Source: Bacillota bacterium (GTDB taxonomy: Bacteria; Bacillota; Ch66; Ch109). From it: a stretch of DNA of 64,000 nt. Made by a program: the position numbers and the translations under genes. Numbering within the stretch: the stretch's first letter is position 1; each line of letters starts with the position of its first letter. The stretch spans positions 1,472,001 through 1,536,000 of the forward strand of contig JBMNLH010000001.1 of NCBI GenBank assembly GCA_050952625.1, read 5' to 3'. The notes under the pieces were generated by a model. The model made no database searches. It was not told where the DNA came from and worked only from the letters and a program-made list of their open reading frames with translations. Below are positions 29,523-40,400 of the stretch, in pieces.

Positions 29523-30455
29523 TTATTCACCGTGCTGAAACAAAGCCGTACTCAAGTAGCGTTCCCCGGTATCCGGTAAGATGGCAACAATAAGTTTACC
29601 CTGATTTTCCTCCCGTCGGGCTAACTCCAAGGCGGCACAGGCTGCTGCTCCGGAGGAAATGCCGACCAACAGGCCTTCCTCTCGGGCTAACCGGCGGCCG
29701 GTCTGAAGTGCATCTTCGTTACTGACCTTGACGATTTCGTCAAGCAAGGGTAGTTCCAGGACCTGCGGGATGAAGCCGGCCCCAATTCCCTGCAGCAGAT
29801 GGGGACCAGGGGTTCCGCCGGAGAGGACCGGGGAAGCCGCGGGCTCGACGCCAACAACTTTTAGGCCTGGTTTGCGGTCCTTGAGCACCTGGGCAAGACC
29901 GGTGATGGTACCACCGGTCCCAACGCCGGCCACCACTAAATCCACCTGGCCATCAGTGTCCCGCCAGATTTCTTCTGCAGTTGTTCGCCGGTGAATCTCA
30001 GGATTGGCTGGATTCTCAAACTGCTGGGGCATAAAGGCCCCCGGTATTTCTTTGACCAGTTCAGTCGCTTTTTGAATAGCCCCGCTCATCCCGGCCTCGC
30101 CCGGGGTCAACACCACTTCAGCCCCGTAGGCTTTAAGCAAATTACGCCGCTCGAGGCTCATGGTTTCCGGCATGGTAAGGATTAGGCGATAACCGCGGAC
30201 CGCGGCCACTAAAGCCAGGCCAATCCCGGTATTGCCGCTGGTTGGTTCAACAATCACGGCTCCTGGTTTAAGCAGTCCCTGTTCCTCAGCCCGGCGAATC
30301 ATATTCAAACCGATGCGGTCTTTGCTGCTGCCGCCCGGATTAAAGGACTCCAATTTTACGACCACATCGGCCTTTGCTCCCACCGTTAATCGCTGCAGCC
30401 GGAGCAATGGGGTATTGCCAATAAGCTCAGTTAAGCTGTTAGCTATGTTAGCCAT
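29523..30455 (-). CDS. cysK: Cysteine synthase A
   Basis: [55 protein letters not shown]. Confidence 0.97.
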   Translation of the reverse strand: MANIANSLTELIGNTPLLRLQRLTVGAKADVVVKLESFNPGGSSKDRIGLNMIRRAEEQGLLKPGAVIVEPTSGNTGIGLALVAAVRGYRLILTMPETMSLERRNLLKAYGAEVVLTPGEAGMSGAIQKATELVKEIPGAFMPQQFENPANPEIHRRTTAEEIWRDTDGQVDLVVAGVGTGGTITGLAQVLKDRKPGLKVVGVEPAASPVLSGGTPGPHLLQGIGAGFIPQVLELPLLDEIVKVSNEDALQTGRRLAREEGLLVGISSGAAACAALELARREENQGKLIVAILPDTGERYLSTALFQHGE

Positions 30456-30591
30456 TCTATCTTATCCGCTCCTTCATCATATGATAAGTTCTTTTTATAT
30501 CCCTTTCCACCATTTATCGATAAATTAATTTAATGCCACCTAAAAATTTTAATTTTGGAAATCTCTAATGCATTGCCCCTGCTTGATAAAT

Positions 30592-31677
30592 TTAATACCA
30601 TCTAAAAACCACTGGGAGATCGGTTATACCCTGTTCAGATGCCTTATCTTGGAAAGCGTTATATAGCTTGTCCAATATTTCCTTGTTTACTTCCCAGTCG
30701 TTATCAAACCTGAATTCTAGATAACCCTCACTGCTAGTGCCTGACCCTCGAACGGGTCCTTCTGGGGCAGATATGCCTTCCAATTCTTCCCACAACTCAT
30801 CCCGCACTTCTTTTTTCCCAAATACACCAATCAGTTGCTCATACCAATCTCTTTCCTGACGAAAACTTGCACGGCTGATAAACGCTCCCCTGGTTTCAAT
30901 AATTGATTCATCCTCTTCCTTTCCCCTGGGGAAATCAGCCTTACGTTCTATTTCAAGTGGATAATACCTGAAATACGAAGCTATTCTCTCGGGTAATAGT
31001 TCAATATTCTTAATCCTTAGTGGGTTATTAGGCTCTTGCGAAACCCCGACTTCTATCATTAGCATTTGACCATCTTCAAATTCTAAAAGGGCCGGTTGGT
31101 TAAATCTTAAAGGGTGCTGCTGCAGATAAGGTTCTACATTCTGAAATTCTTCCAGGGTAAAGTCATCCCGATAATCCTCAAAAAACAACTCCTGAATATT
31201 CTCGAAATTAGTTCCCTCTCTCAATTCTGAGCGATACAGCTGAATGGCAGTAGAAGGTTTTGAAGATATGCTTTGATAAGCGGTTACCCCCAAAACACTA
31301 ATCAGGGTTAAGGCTAGTACCCCTTTTTCCAGCATGGTCAAATCTAAGCTTTCCCAAAGCGTTGAGATTATTAAGGCAACCAAAAACAAGACTATAGGAA
31401 CGTATTCTAATGAAAATCCGGTTAATTCCTTCGCCGTCACGTAAAAAATTGTAATAGTGATAAAGACCATACAAATAAATATAATCCGTTGCTTGAGAGA
31501 ACTTTTATCAGTTATGTAGTATCGGTTGGTTAAGAAAAAGGCAAACATCATCAATGCGGATAACAAAGTAAAAATTATAAGTTCTTGCATATTGGGTTCT
31601 GTACTACTATAAAAAATGCCCACCAATAATACAAAGAGAATTGTTAATAATAAGATATTATTTTTCCCTTTCACCAT
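30592..31677 (-). CDS. Hypothetical membrane protein (about 5 N-terminal TM plus soluble domain), AT-rich
   Basis: 361-aa ORF, AAGGAAGG RBS, composition visibly more AT-rich than neighbours; no motif recognised. Confidence 0.75.
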   Translation of the reverse strand: MVKGKNNILLLTILFVLLVGIFYSSTEPNMQELIIFTLLSALMMFAFFLTNRYYITDKSSLKQRIIFICMVFITITIFYVTAKELTGFSLEYVPIVLFLVALIISTLWESLDLTMLEKGVLALTLISVLGVTAYQSISSKPSTAIQLYRSELREGTNFENIQELFFEDYRDDFTLEEFQNVEPYLQQHPLRFNQPALLEFEDGQMLMIEVGVSQEPNNPLRIKNIELLPERIASYFRYYPLEIERKADFPRGKEEDESIIETRGAFISRASFRQERDWYEQLIGVFGKKEVRDELWEELEGISAPEGPVRGSGTSSEGYLEFRFDNDWEVNKEILDKLYNAFQDKASEQGITDLPVVFRWY

Positions 31678-32088
31678 GATTACCTTCCTTAATCAAATAT
31701 TGGAACTGCGTCCACCAATCGCTGACCTATGTTAAAAACACTGCGCCAATTTTTCATGTTCTGATGGTGCCGTGCCGCTTAGGGGCATGAACAAGTACTT
31801 TGAATCCCGTTTCCCTGCAGGTGAGGCAACCATCTGATTTGCCGAAACGGGCCGCAAAGACCCTGCCTTAGGCATGGTGATATATAGCACAGCTAGCACA
31901 GCAGCCATAGGCTGCATTTGATTTCTTTAAAGTTTTTTAAAAATGTGTTGTATACTTTGTATAAGCTTTAATCAAATCATAACCAAAGAGCATCAAACAG
32001 ATATAATTGAAGAATGCCATCTCTTGTAACCAACAGTTATTAAGACTCGCTATATTTTCTAATTAGCAACTAAGGTAGGAGGCCAAAA

Positions 32089-32907
32089 ATGCTCAGCTCG
32101 GCTAAACTCAATTCAATCGTTTCTTTAATTACCAGCTTTAACAGCGTGCTGGTAGCTTTGTCCGGGGGAGTGGACAGTTCGGTGCTCCTGAAGCTGGCCG
32201 TTAACTGCCTGGGGCCAGCTAAGGTGCTGGCTGTCACCATCCGTTCCGAAATCACTACCCCCGAAGAGCTAGCCATGGCGGCCCGCATTGCGCAAATCTG
32301 CCAGGTCAACCACGAAGTTCTGACTGTGGCTGATCTGTTGGTGCCCGAATTCGCGGCAAACTCCCCGGAACGCTGCTACTACTGTAAGCTCAACCGTTTC
32401 TGTCTGTTACAAGAGCTAGCCAGCAGCCGGGGCTATCAGGTTGTCGTGGATGGTTCCAACTGGTCCGACCAAGCCGACTACCGCCCGGGAATGCGAGCCT
32501 TAAATGAGTTGGGCATCCGCAGTCCTTTGAGGGAATGTGGCTTCACCAAGGAGGATATCCGTCAATTGGCCAAGAGCTTTGGTCTCCCCAACTGGCAGCA
32601 ACCCGCTAATGCCTGCCTGGCCTCCCGTTTTCCCTATGGAACACCTATTGCCGCGGAAGCTCTCGCTCAAGTGGCCAAAGGTGAAAGACTGCTGCTCTCC
32701 CTCGGCCTCACTCAGTGCCGGCTCCGGCATCATGGCCCGATCGCCAGGATTGAGGTGGTTCCTGGAGAATTCCCGCTTATTCTGGATCCAGCTCACCGGG
32801 AAGCAATCATAACCGGGCTTAAGCAGCTCGGCTATACCTATGTAACCCTTGATCTTCAAGGATACCGCACTGGGAGTCTTAACGAGGTTGTTTCCGTGTC
32901 CCGGTGA
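32089..32907 (+). CDS. larE: ATP-dependent sulfur transferase LarE
   Basis: PP-loop SGGVDSS, RCYYCK, DYRPG, SPL, ACLASRFPYG, RLRHHG..ARIE, TLDLQGYRTGSLNE. Confidence 0.92.
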   Translation: MLSSAKLNSIVSLITSFNSVLVALSGGVDSSVLLKLAVNCLGPAKVLAVTIRSEITTPEELAMAARIAQICQVNHEVLTVADLLVPEFAANSPERCYYCKLNRFCLLQELASSRGYQVVVDGSNWSDQADYRPGMRALNELGIRSPLRECGFTKEDIRQLAKSFGLPNWQQPANACLASRFPYGTPIAAEALAQVAKGERLLLSLGLTQCRLRHHGPIARIEVVPGEFPLILDPAHREAIITGLKQLGYTYVTLDLQGYRTGSLNEVVSVSR

Positions 32908-33130
32908 TTATTTTTTGAATGGCTTCAGTTATTTCAGCAGCAGTGCCACCAGCAAGCATGAATTTACCGTTGACCAAAACGATTGGGTAGGAATGGCCCT
33001 GGTTAATCAACTTTTCAACGTTAGGGTAGGTTCCATAAGATTTGAAATCTGTATCAATATAGCTAAGCTCGACCGTATCTGGATAGCGTTTTTGTAATTC
33101 CTTAGAGAACTCAGTTAATGCCTGCTCCAT
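32879..33130 (-). CDS. Small thioredoxin-fold-like protein (DUF1462-like C-terminal region), no Cys
   Basis: L.KRYP..VELSYID...YPIVLVNG; ATG 1 nt after addA stop. Confidence 0.55.
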   Translation of the reverse strand: MEQALTEFSKELQKRYPDTVELSYIDTDFKSYGTYPNVEKLINQGHSYPIVLVNGKFMLAGGTAAEITEAIQKIITGTRKQPR

Positions 33131-33131
33131 T

Positions 33132-36100
33132 TTAGTTGATCCTTCTGGCTGCCCCAATGGATAAAAAGTAGAGGTATTTTTCTTTGACCGGACGCCGGAA
33201 AATAGACTCCACGGCCTGAGTATAGAGGCTCATTTGACCTTGATAACGTCTAACTAGCTCGTATAATTTATCGCTTTGACCAAAACCCAGCCAATCGGTC
33301 TTGTAATCGACTAACAGGAAACCATCTTCCTCCTCCGCCAGGCAGTCAATCACCCCTTGGATGATCACGCGCTCCTCACTACCGGCCGGCAGTTCCGGGT
33401 ACAGCTGATCCGCTGCCACTGCCAGGCTAAAGGGTAATTCGCGCAGGACCTGCCGGGCCTGAAGGATCCGCTGCCCTAAATTGCTGGCCCAAAATCTAGC
33501 AATCGCGTACGTGTCAACTGCTTCTGCCTGCTCGGGCGTCAGTATTTCCTTTTCTTGCAAAACCATGACTTGTCGCTTAATTCCTTTCCGATCCAGGGAG
33601 CCCCGCAAGTCAAGATGCTGCAGCACAAGATGCATGGCACTGCCCCGTTCGGCAGCGGTTAAGCCTCTTGCTTGCTGAACAAAACGAGGCTGGTCCGTGA
33701 AGCTCGTCCTTCTTGGCTGAAAAGGCACGCCGAGCCAGACGGGATTGTCATCGGCCGAGATCACTAAGTTCGTTTGTCCAGACTGAAAAAGGGAGGGTTC
33801 CCCGGCCTGATTAGCTTGATGTTCCGCCAACGCAGTTTTAGTGGCAGGGAGAGCTATACCGCTATCGCCTGCTGGTTTAGCTTGATCCGCCAGCGAAGTT
33901 TCAGTGGCAGAGAAAGCTTTACTGCTATCGCCTGCCGGTTTAGCTTGATCCGCCAGCGAAGAAGGGAGGAAAACTTCAAACGATTCCTCAGACAGTTCCC
34001 CAACCGTTTCCTCTGGCCCGGCACCAATAAAAGACTTGATTTCAGTGACCGATAGTTTAGCCCTTTTTCCGACAGCCGTTTGCCAGGGATACTGCCAGGC
34101 TAAACGCCGGTCAATCTCCGCTGCCATCTCGCTGGCGGGTAGGGGCTGCCCCTGCCTGACTAATTTCAGTAAATCTACGTCCTCTTTATCCTGAATCGCC
34201 GGACCGTGAATCGCCTCGGCCCGACCGAGCAGGCGCAAGCTGAATTGAGCAGCGGTAGGGCTGGTATTAGTTAAGAGTGTCTGATTCCCACTGGTGTTCT
34301 GGTCAGCCCCCAGACAGTCATTCTGGCTGATATCCCCGTCAGATGGTTCTGGCGTAAGATAACCATTGGGGTTTCTGGAAGCCTGATTCCCATCCGTCTT
34401 TCCGTCAGCCCCCGGACAACCGGTTGTAGCCCAGAGCGGTTGCCCCTGCGGATGCCGGGCCAAAGCTGGTCCCAGCCAATCCAGGTAACACCGGGCCTGG
34501 GCTAATTCAGGATCCGGCAGAGTTGGCCCGGCGATTTGAGCCGTCTGACACCAGGCCTTGATTTTCCGCGTTAGCCGCGACCCGGTGCCCACCAGGCAAA
34601 GCTTATCCCGCGCCCGGGTCATGGCTACGTATAACAACCGCATTTCTTCCGCCAGGGTTTCTAGTCTAATCTGTTGCGCCAAAGCCAGCTTGGCGAGAGT
34701 CGGGTACTTGATCAACCGTTTATAATCCACTAACTGGGGGCCAATCCCTAATTGTTTATGGGTGAGCAAAACGCCTTTCAGGTCATTCAGATTAAACTGG
34801 CGGCCCAGACCAGCCACGAATACCACTGGGAACTCTAAGCCTTTACTCTTATGAATGCTCATGATCCGCACGACATCTTCATTTTCACTCAGGGTCCGGG
34901 CCGAGCCCAGATCCTCCCCTTTTTCCCGCAACCGTTCGACAAAACGGAGGAAGTGGAACAGACCGCGAAAGGTGGTAGCTTCGTATTTGCCGGCCCAGGT
35001 TTGCAAGAGCCGCAGGTTGGCCTGACGTTGGGCTCCGCCGGGCATCCCGGCCACATAGTCGTAGTAGTCAGTCTTGTGCACGATTTCCCACAGCAAGGTG
35101 GTCAGCCGTTCGCGCCGGGCGATTGTCCGCCATTCCTCCAAGCGGGCTAAAAAAGCCTGAAGTTTCTCGGCCGTGGCTCCGCTCAGGTTAGCCGCAGCCG
35201 CCACGGTGGCCTCATAAAAGCCGCCTTCGCGATGGCTGGCCCTGATTTGGGCTAACTCGTCGGCGTTAAGGCCTACCAGTGGTGATCGGAGCACGGCAAC
35301 TAAAGGAATGTCTTGCCGGGGGTTATCAATGATTTGCAGGAGAGACAGGATGGTCTCCACCTCTCCGGCCGCAAAGTACCCGGTGCCCAGTTCGGCATAG
35401 AGCGGGATCCCCTGACGCCTGAATTCTTCCAGATAGACATTGGCCACTCCCCGGGTTGCCCGCATCAGGATCGCCACATCTCGAAAGGTGACCGGCCGGT
35501 GTTCTTCTGCTTTCGGATCCCAGATCAAGTCTCCCTGCTCTACCAGACGGCTGATTTGCCGGGCAATTACCCGCGCCTCCAAATCGGCTGTTTCCAACTG
35601 TTCTTCCGCTTCCAGTTGGGTCTGGGCCGCTGTTTCTTCAGCTACTCCCTCATTCTCCTCAGCTAATTCGTCAAACTCGTTCTCGGTATTCATTCCCAAG
35701 CTGGTGGTACGCTCAATTTCTCCGAGTTCTCTAAATTCTCTAGATTCTCTAGATTTACCAAAACCTTTAGATCCTTTATCTTCTCCGAATTCTCCAGGTT
35801 TTAAAGCTTCTAAGGATTTTCCAACTTCCTTGATTTCAGGGACATTTGCCAGGTTATCATCTTCCCGCTCGATCAGGAAAACATCTACGACCGGTGAGAG
35901 TGAAGTCCCACCCGCCGGCACCGGGGGGACCGCCAGGCCGCAGACCAATTCCGCTGCTTGGTCATAGGCCAGTTCCCCCACCTCAGGGGTCATGATCTGT
36001 CGAAAAAAGAAATTAACCCCATCCACAATCGCCTGGCTGCTGCGGAAATTCTCCCGCAGGTTGATTCGCCTTTCTCTCTGGCCTTGCTCGACGGAAAACT

Positions 36101-37487
36101 GTTGGTATTTTGTTAAAAACAAACCGGGGTCCGCCAGCCGAAACCGGTAAATGCTCTGTTTGACGTCGCCGACCATAAACAGGTTAGGCTGTGGGGACCG
36201 TTGCCGGGAAACCAGTTGCAAAATGGCTTCCTGAACCGCATTAATATCCTGGTATTCATCAACCAGGATCTCAACAAACCGGGCCTGCAGTTCCTCAGCC
36301 ACCGGGGAGGGTTTCAGTTCCCCAGGTGAAGCTCCCTCCTGGAGCAGAATCTGTAGGCAGTAGTGTTCTAAATCGTTAAAATCAACAATTCCCCGTTTGT
36401 TTTTCGCTTGACGGAAATTTTCGCCGAACTCCAAAACGAGCTGCACCAGGGTCCGCATCAATGGAGCAACCTGCTGCAAATCATTTAACTGCTCAGCCGG
36501 ACTCTGGGTGAAGTAGGTTTTTTGCAGACTGACAATCTGGTTTTTAACCTTATCTCGCAGGTTTTTGACCTGTTCCTGAATGACCGGGTCAATCGCATCC
36601 TTCTTCCGAATAGGCTTCAACCGGCCAAACTGAACCCCTTGGAAGCGTTGGGACAGTTTCTCCCACGTCCCGGAGCAAGCGGTCAACAGCCCTTGAACCA
36701 GATCCAAGTCAGCGTAAAGGTTATCTAGATAGGCCAGGGGGGCCTGCGGCCGGGCACAAAGATCAATGGCCTGGGCTAAACTCTGGCGGCACCCGGTCAG
36801 GTGTAAAGCGATATTCTGCTTAAGCTTGGCGCACCAGGCAAAATCATCCAAAGTCCCCTGTTCGGCCATGGCCAATTGGTCAGCGGCTTGCTGCAGCCAC
36901 TGCTTAGGCCAGGGGGTGCTGCGGGCAAACCGGTACAGATTTAGAATCAGCTCAATTAATCCCGCGTCATCGCGTTCGCCTCCGTAGCAATCAACCAGGG
37001 TCAGAAAAGCCTCGTTGTTAGTTTCATTGTTATCGCCCTGATATTTTGCTTCCAGCAGATCCTCCAGCACCTCTAACTGCAGCAGCCCGGCTTCGCCGTC
37101 ATCAGCCACCCGAAAACCGGGATCCAGATCCAGCCGGTAAAAATGCTGGCGCAGGACTTCCAGACAAAAAGAATGCAGCGTGGCAATCGAGGCGTGATTC
37201 AACAGGGTCAACTGCCGGCGCAGGTGCCGGTCCGTGGGATTGGCGTTTAATTCCCGCGTCAGCTCACGGCCAATCTTTTCCCGCATTTGCGCGGCCGCGG
37301 CGTTGGTGAAGGTGACAACCAGCAACCGATCAACATCAATCGGGTTTTCCCGATCTTTGAGGTAACTAATAATCCGTTCCACCAGGACCGAGGTTTTCCC
37401 GGCCCCGGCTGCAGCGGCAACTAACAGGTTACCGCCCCGGGCGTGAATCGCCTCTTGTTGCTGGGGGGTCCACCGCTCCTTACTCAC
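33132..37487 (-). CDS. addA: Helicase-nuclease AddAB subunit A
   Basis: AAAGAGKTSVLVER, LVDEYQD, VGDVKQSIYRFR, MSIHKSKGLEF, LLYVAMTRA, nuclease QGVID...VDYKTD. Confidence 0.97.
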   Translation of the reverse strand: MSKERWTPQQQEAIHARGGNLLVAAAAGAGKTSVLVERIISYLKDRENPIDVDRLLVVTFTNAAAAQMREKIGRELTRELNANPTDRHLRRQLTLLNHASIATLHSFCLEVLRQHFYRLDLDPGFRVADDGEAGLLQLEVLEDLLEAKYQGDNNETNNEAFLTLVDCYGGERDDAGLIELILNLYRFARSTPWPKQWLQQAADQLAMAEQGTLDDFAWCAKLKQNIALHLTGCRQSLAQAIDLCARPQAPLAYLDNLYADLDLVQGLLTACSGTWEKLSQRFQGVQFGRLKPIRKKDAIDPVIQEQVKNLRDKVKNQIVSLQKTYFTQSPAEQLNDLQQVAPLMRTLVQLVLEFGENFRQAKNKRGIVDFNDLEHYCLQILLQEGASPGELKPSPVAEELQARFVEILVDEYQDINAVQEAILQLVSRQRSPQPNLFMVGDVKQSIYRFRLADPGLFLTKYQQFSVEQGQRERRINLRENFRSSQAIVDGVNFFFRQIMTPEVGELAYDQAAELVCGLAVPPVPAGGTSLSPVVDVFLIEREDDNLANVPEIKEVGKSLEALKPGEFGEDKGSKGFGKSRESREFRELGEIERTTSLGMNTENEFDELAEENEGVAEETAAQTQLEAEEQLETADLEARVIARQISRLVEQGDLIWDPKAEEHRPVTFRDVAILMRATRGVANVYLEEFRRQGIPLYAELGTGYFAAGEVETILSLLQIIDNPRQDIPLVAVLRSPLVGLNADELAQIRASHREGGFYEATVAAAANLSGATAEKLQAFLARLEEWRTIARRERLTTLLWEIVHKTDYYDYVAGMPGGAQRQANLRLLQTWAGKYEATTFRGLFHFLRFVERLREKGEDLGSARTLSENEDVVRIMSIHKSKGLEFPVVFVAGLGRQFNLNDLKGVLLTHKQLGIGPQLVDYKRLIKYPTLAKLALAQQIRLETLAEEMRLLYVAMTRARDKLCLVGTGSRLTRKIKAWCQTAQIAGPTLPDPELAQARCYLDWLGPALARHPQGQPLWATTGCPGADGKTDGNQASRNPNGYLTPEPSDGDISQNDCLGADQNTSGNQTLLTNTSPTAAQFSLRLLGRAEAIHGPAIQDKEDVDLLKLVRQGQPLPASEMAAEIDRRLAWQYPWQTAVGKRAKLSVTEIKSFIGAGPEETVGELSEESFEVFLPSSLADQAKPAGDSSKAFSATETSLADQAKPAGDSGIALPATKTALAEHQANQAGEPSLFQSGQTNLVISADDNPVWLGVPFQPRRTSFTDQPRFVQQARGLTAAERGSAMHLVLQHLDLRGSLDRKGIKRQVMVLQEKEILTPEQAEAVDTYAIARFWASNLGQRILQARQVLRELPFSLAVAADQLYPELPAGSEERVIIQGVIDCLAEEEDGFLLVDYKTDWLGFGQSDKLYELVRRYQGQMSLYTQAVESIFRRPVKEKYLYFLSIGAARRIN

Positions 37488-40400
37488 GACTGATCACCTT
37501 CCTTGCCAAGCTGCTCCCATAATTCCTTATCTGTCAGGTCACGCAGGTTGCGATAGCGGTTGCCGATTAGCGGATCAAACTGACAGATCGGCCGGAATCG
37601 GCAATAGGTACATGCTCGCTGTTTTTTAAGCTGATAGGGTTCCAGGGCCACCTCACCAGTCAGGATCGCTCGCCCTGCCTCCAACAAGGCCCGGCGCAGG
37701 TGCTGCCGCAGGAGTTTAAACTGTTCCCGGCTAATGACCGCTGAACGGCCGGTGAAGTTACCATCTTTTTTGAACCCCACCGGAATAAGGTCCGAGTTCC
37801 CGGTCAAACCCCGCTCCATCAGTTCGATTAGTTCCCGATCCCCGAGTACCAGGCCTTTGAGCTTATAACTCTGTCTGATCTTACGGGCAATCTCTTCTGG
37901 CGGCAGCGGGCCCTTAGCGTTAATCACCGGGTTTTTTAAGCCAAAGTAGAGGATCCCGCCTGGGAGAACCTCCTCCCCGTCGGCTAATTGGTTGTTGGCT
38001 TTATGGTTGTAAGCTATTTGGCTGTTGACTAATTGGTTGTTGGCTAATTGACCGTTAGCTAACCGGTTATCGAATAGCCGCCCGGCATTGGTTAAGGCTA
38101 CTTCTAAATACGTTAATAACTGCAGGTTCAACCCATAGTAAATTTCCGCCAGATTGAGCCGGGCAGCCCCGGACTTGTAATCAATGACCCGGACAAAACT
38201 CCCGGCAGCTGAGCGGGCCAGATCAAGCCGGTCAATGCGCCCAATCAGTTGCAACCGGGCTGCCTTCGGGCTAACCTGGTCCGCGTCCGTCGGTCGAGGA
38301 ATAACCAACTCTACTGGCGGCAATTCATCGGGGTAACCAAAGCCCAGTTCCAATTTGATAGGCCGAAAACTGCCGCAACGGGTCTGCTCCAGCAGGGCCC
38401 AAGCGGAATGGAGGACGATTTCCCGCAGTTTATGAATTAAATACCGCTGCCGCTGGGAGCCCAGCATTATTTCGTTCTTTAGCTGGGGTACCAGCTGTTC
38501 AATAATCTCCTCAATGATTGGCTGGCAGTCGGCCAGAGTTAGCGCGGTCCAATCCAGGCCGGTTGACAGCAGACGTTCCACAAAGTTTTTGAGAGCAGCG
38601 TGAAAGAATTGACCCAGATCCAGGGGCTGCAGCTTGGCGGTCTCTCTTTCGCGGACCGCCAGACCATACCGAACAAAATGAGCAAAAGGACAGGCCCGGA
38701 ATTGCTCGATGCGGGTCACACTCACCCGCAGGCGGGTGCCATAGAGTCCCACCCGAGTTGCGGGCTGCAGGCTGGTTTCTTGATTCTGGTGGAACAGGCC
38801 CCCGACCACAATGGCTGATGCGGGTCGGGCATGGCTGAGAGCCCAATTATAAACATCCCGCCATATGGGGCGAAGTTCTTGGCCGGTCTTCACCTCCCGC
38901 AGTTGACTGGTCAGGTAGGTAAAGGCGCGGATCGGGTGGGCGATAAAGCTGAGTTCATCACCGACCCCTGGTTCCAGTGGACAAACCGTTTCTTCAAGGT
39001 CAGGCAAAATTTCTTTCAACTCTTTGATCAGGGTGGAGGGAGTCAGGGCATTTCCTTCTTGATCTGCCAGGGAGTAACTCAACCATAAGTACTCACTGGC
39101 TCGGGTCAACCCCAGGTAAATCAGATACTGCTCATCAAAGAGGCTGCGTTGGTCTGTTGGGGCCAATTTCAGGCCGCTATTTAACAGGAGTTCGCGTTCT
39201 TGATCCGACAGCAGTCCCTGACTGGTAATTCTGGCAGGCAGGATTCCGTCATTGATCCCCAGCAAAAAGTTGGCCCGGACCCGGGGATTGCGTGATCGAT
39301 CCAGGGTCCCCACAAACACTTGATCCAACCCGGGCGGGATTAGGCCCAACCGGAGGTTTTCCAGCCCGGCTTCCAGCACCTTTAGATAATCTTCCACGGG
39401 CAGCTCTTGCTCCCCCAAGGCTTCCACTATTTCATCCAGGAGCAGGATAACCTGATTATAGAGCTGGGCATATTCCCGGGACCGGTCTAATCGGCCCGCG
39501 GCTTGGGCTTCCGTAGCCCAGACTTCCATTTTTTCCTTAACCCCCAAGTCAGTCAACAGTTGATAAAGAGCCAGGCTGATTTCCCGGACTGTCGAGCTTT
39601 CCTGAATCGCGGCACTAAAGCTCGCTAGTTCCCGCACCGCCGCTTCCTTGATCCGGTTAATCTCGGCTAGTTCCTCCACCTGTTTGGCTGAGGGCTCCCG
39701 GTCATCCCCGATTGAGTAATAACGGCGATAAGTCCAGGGTTGACCGTCAGTCCAGCGGGTTCCCCGGATACCATGGGCTAAAACGTAGTTTTCTAGGAGG
39801 TCCACTTCTTCCCGCGTTACCGAGATAAAATCAGTTTTTAGATAGCGGAAGACCGAGTCGTAAGCCCATCTGGTTCCCACCACCTCCAGGGCTGAGCGAA
39901 TCAGCTCTACCAACGGGTGATGCCGCACCGGTCGTTTATAGTCAATAAAGCAGGGGATGCCGTAATCGGCAAACACGCGATCCACAAGTTCGTCATAGAG
40001 GGTCAGATCCCGGGTCAGCACGGAAATATCCCGCCACCGATAACCCTGGTCGCGGGCTAAAGCAACAATCTCTCGGGCAACCCCCTCGATTTCAGCCCGG
40101 CGGTTATGGGCAGCGACCAGTTTGATGCCGGAGGCAACTCCCGCAAACGGTGGTCGAGGCCTGGTGAAGAAATGCTGTTCGAGATGTCTTAAAACCGGGT
40201 TGTTGGCGAAACGGCAGGCTGAAGTTTGGCATGCTTCCTTCGATGTCGGTTCAAAAACACAGGGGTCTTCAACCGTGACCCCGGCTTCCTGAGCCATTTC
40301 TAAGAGAGTATCGTAGGTTTGGTGAGTCCGGTAAAAGAGTTCTTGTTCATCCAAAGGCTGGCCTAGAATTGTCGGATCAAGACACAAAGCGACATTGACC

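Noticed and set aside
31732-31917. 61-aa ORF
   Set aside because: No RBS or motif; coincides with a hairpin-rich element better explained as non-coding.
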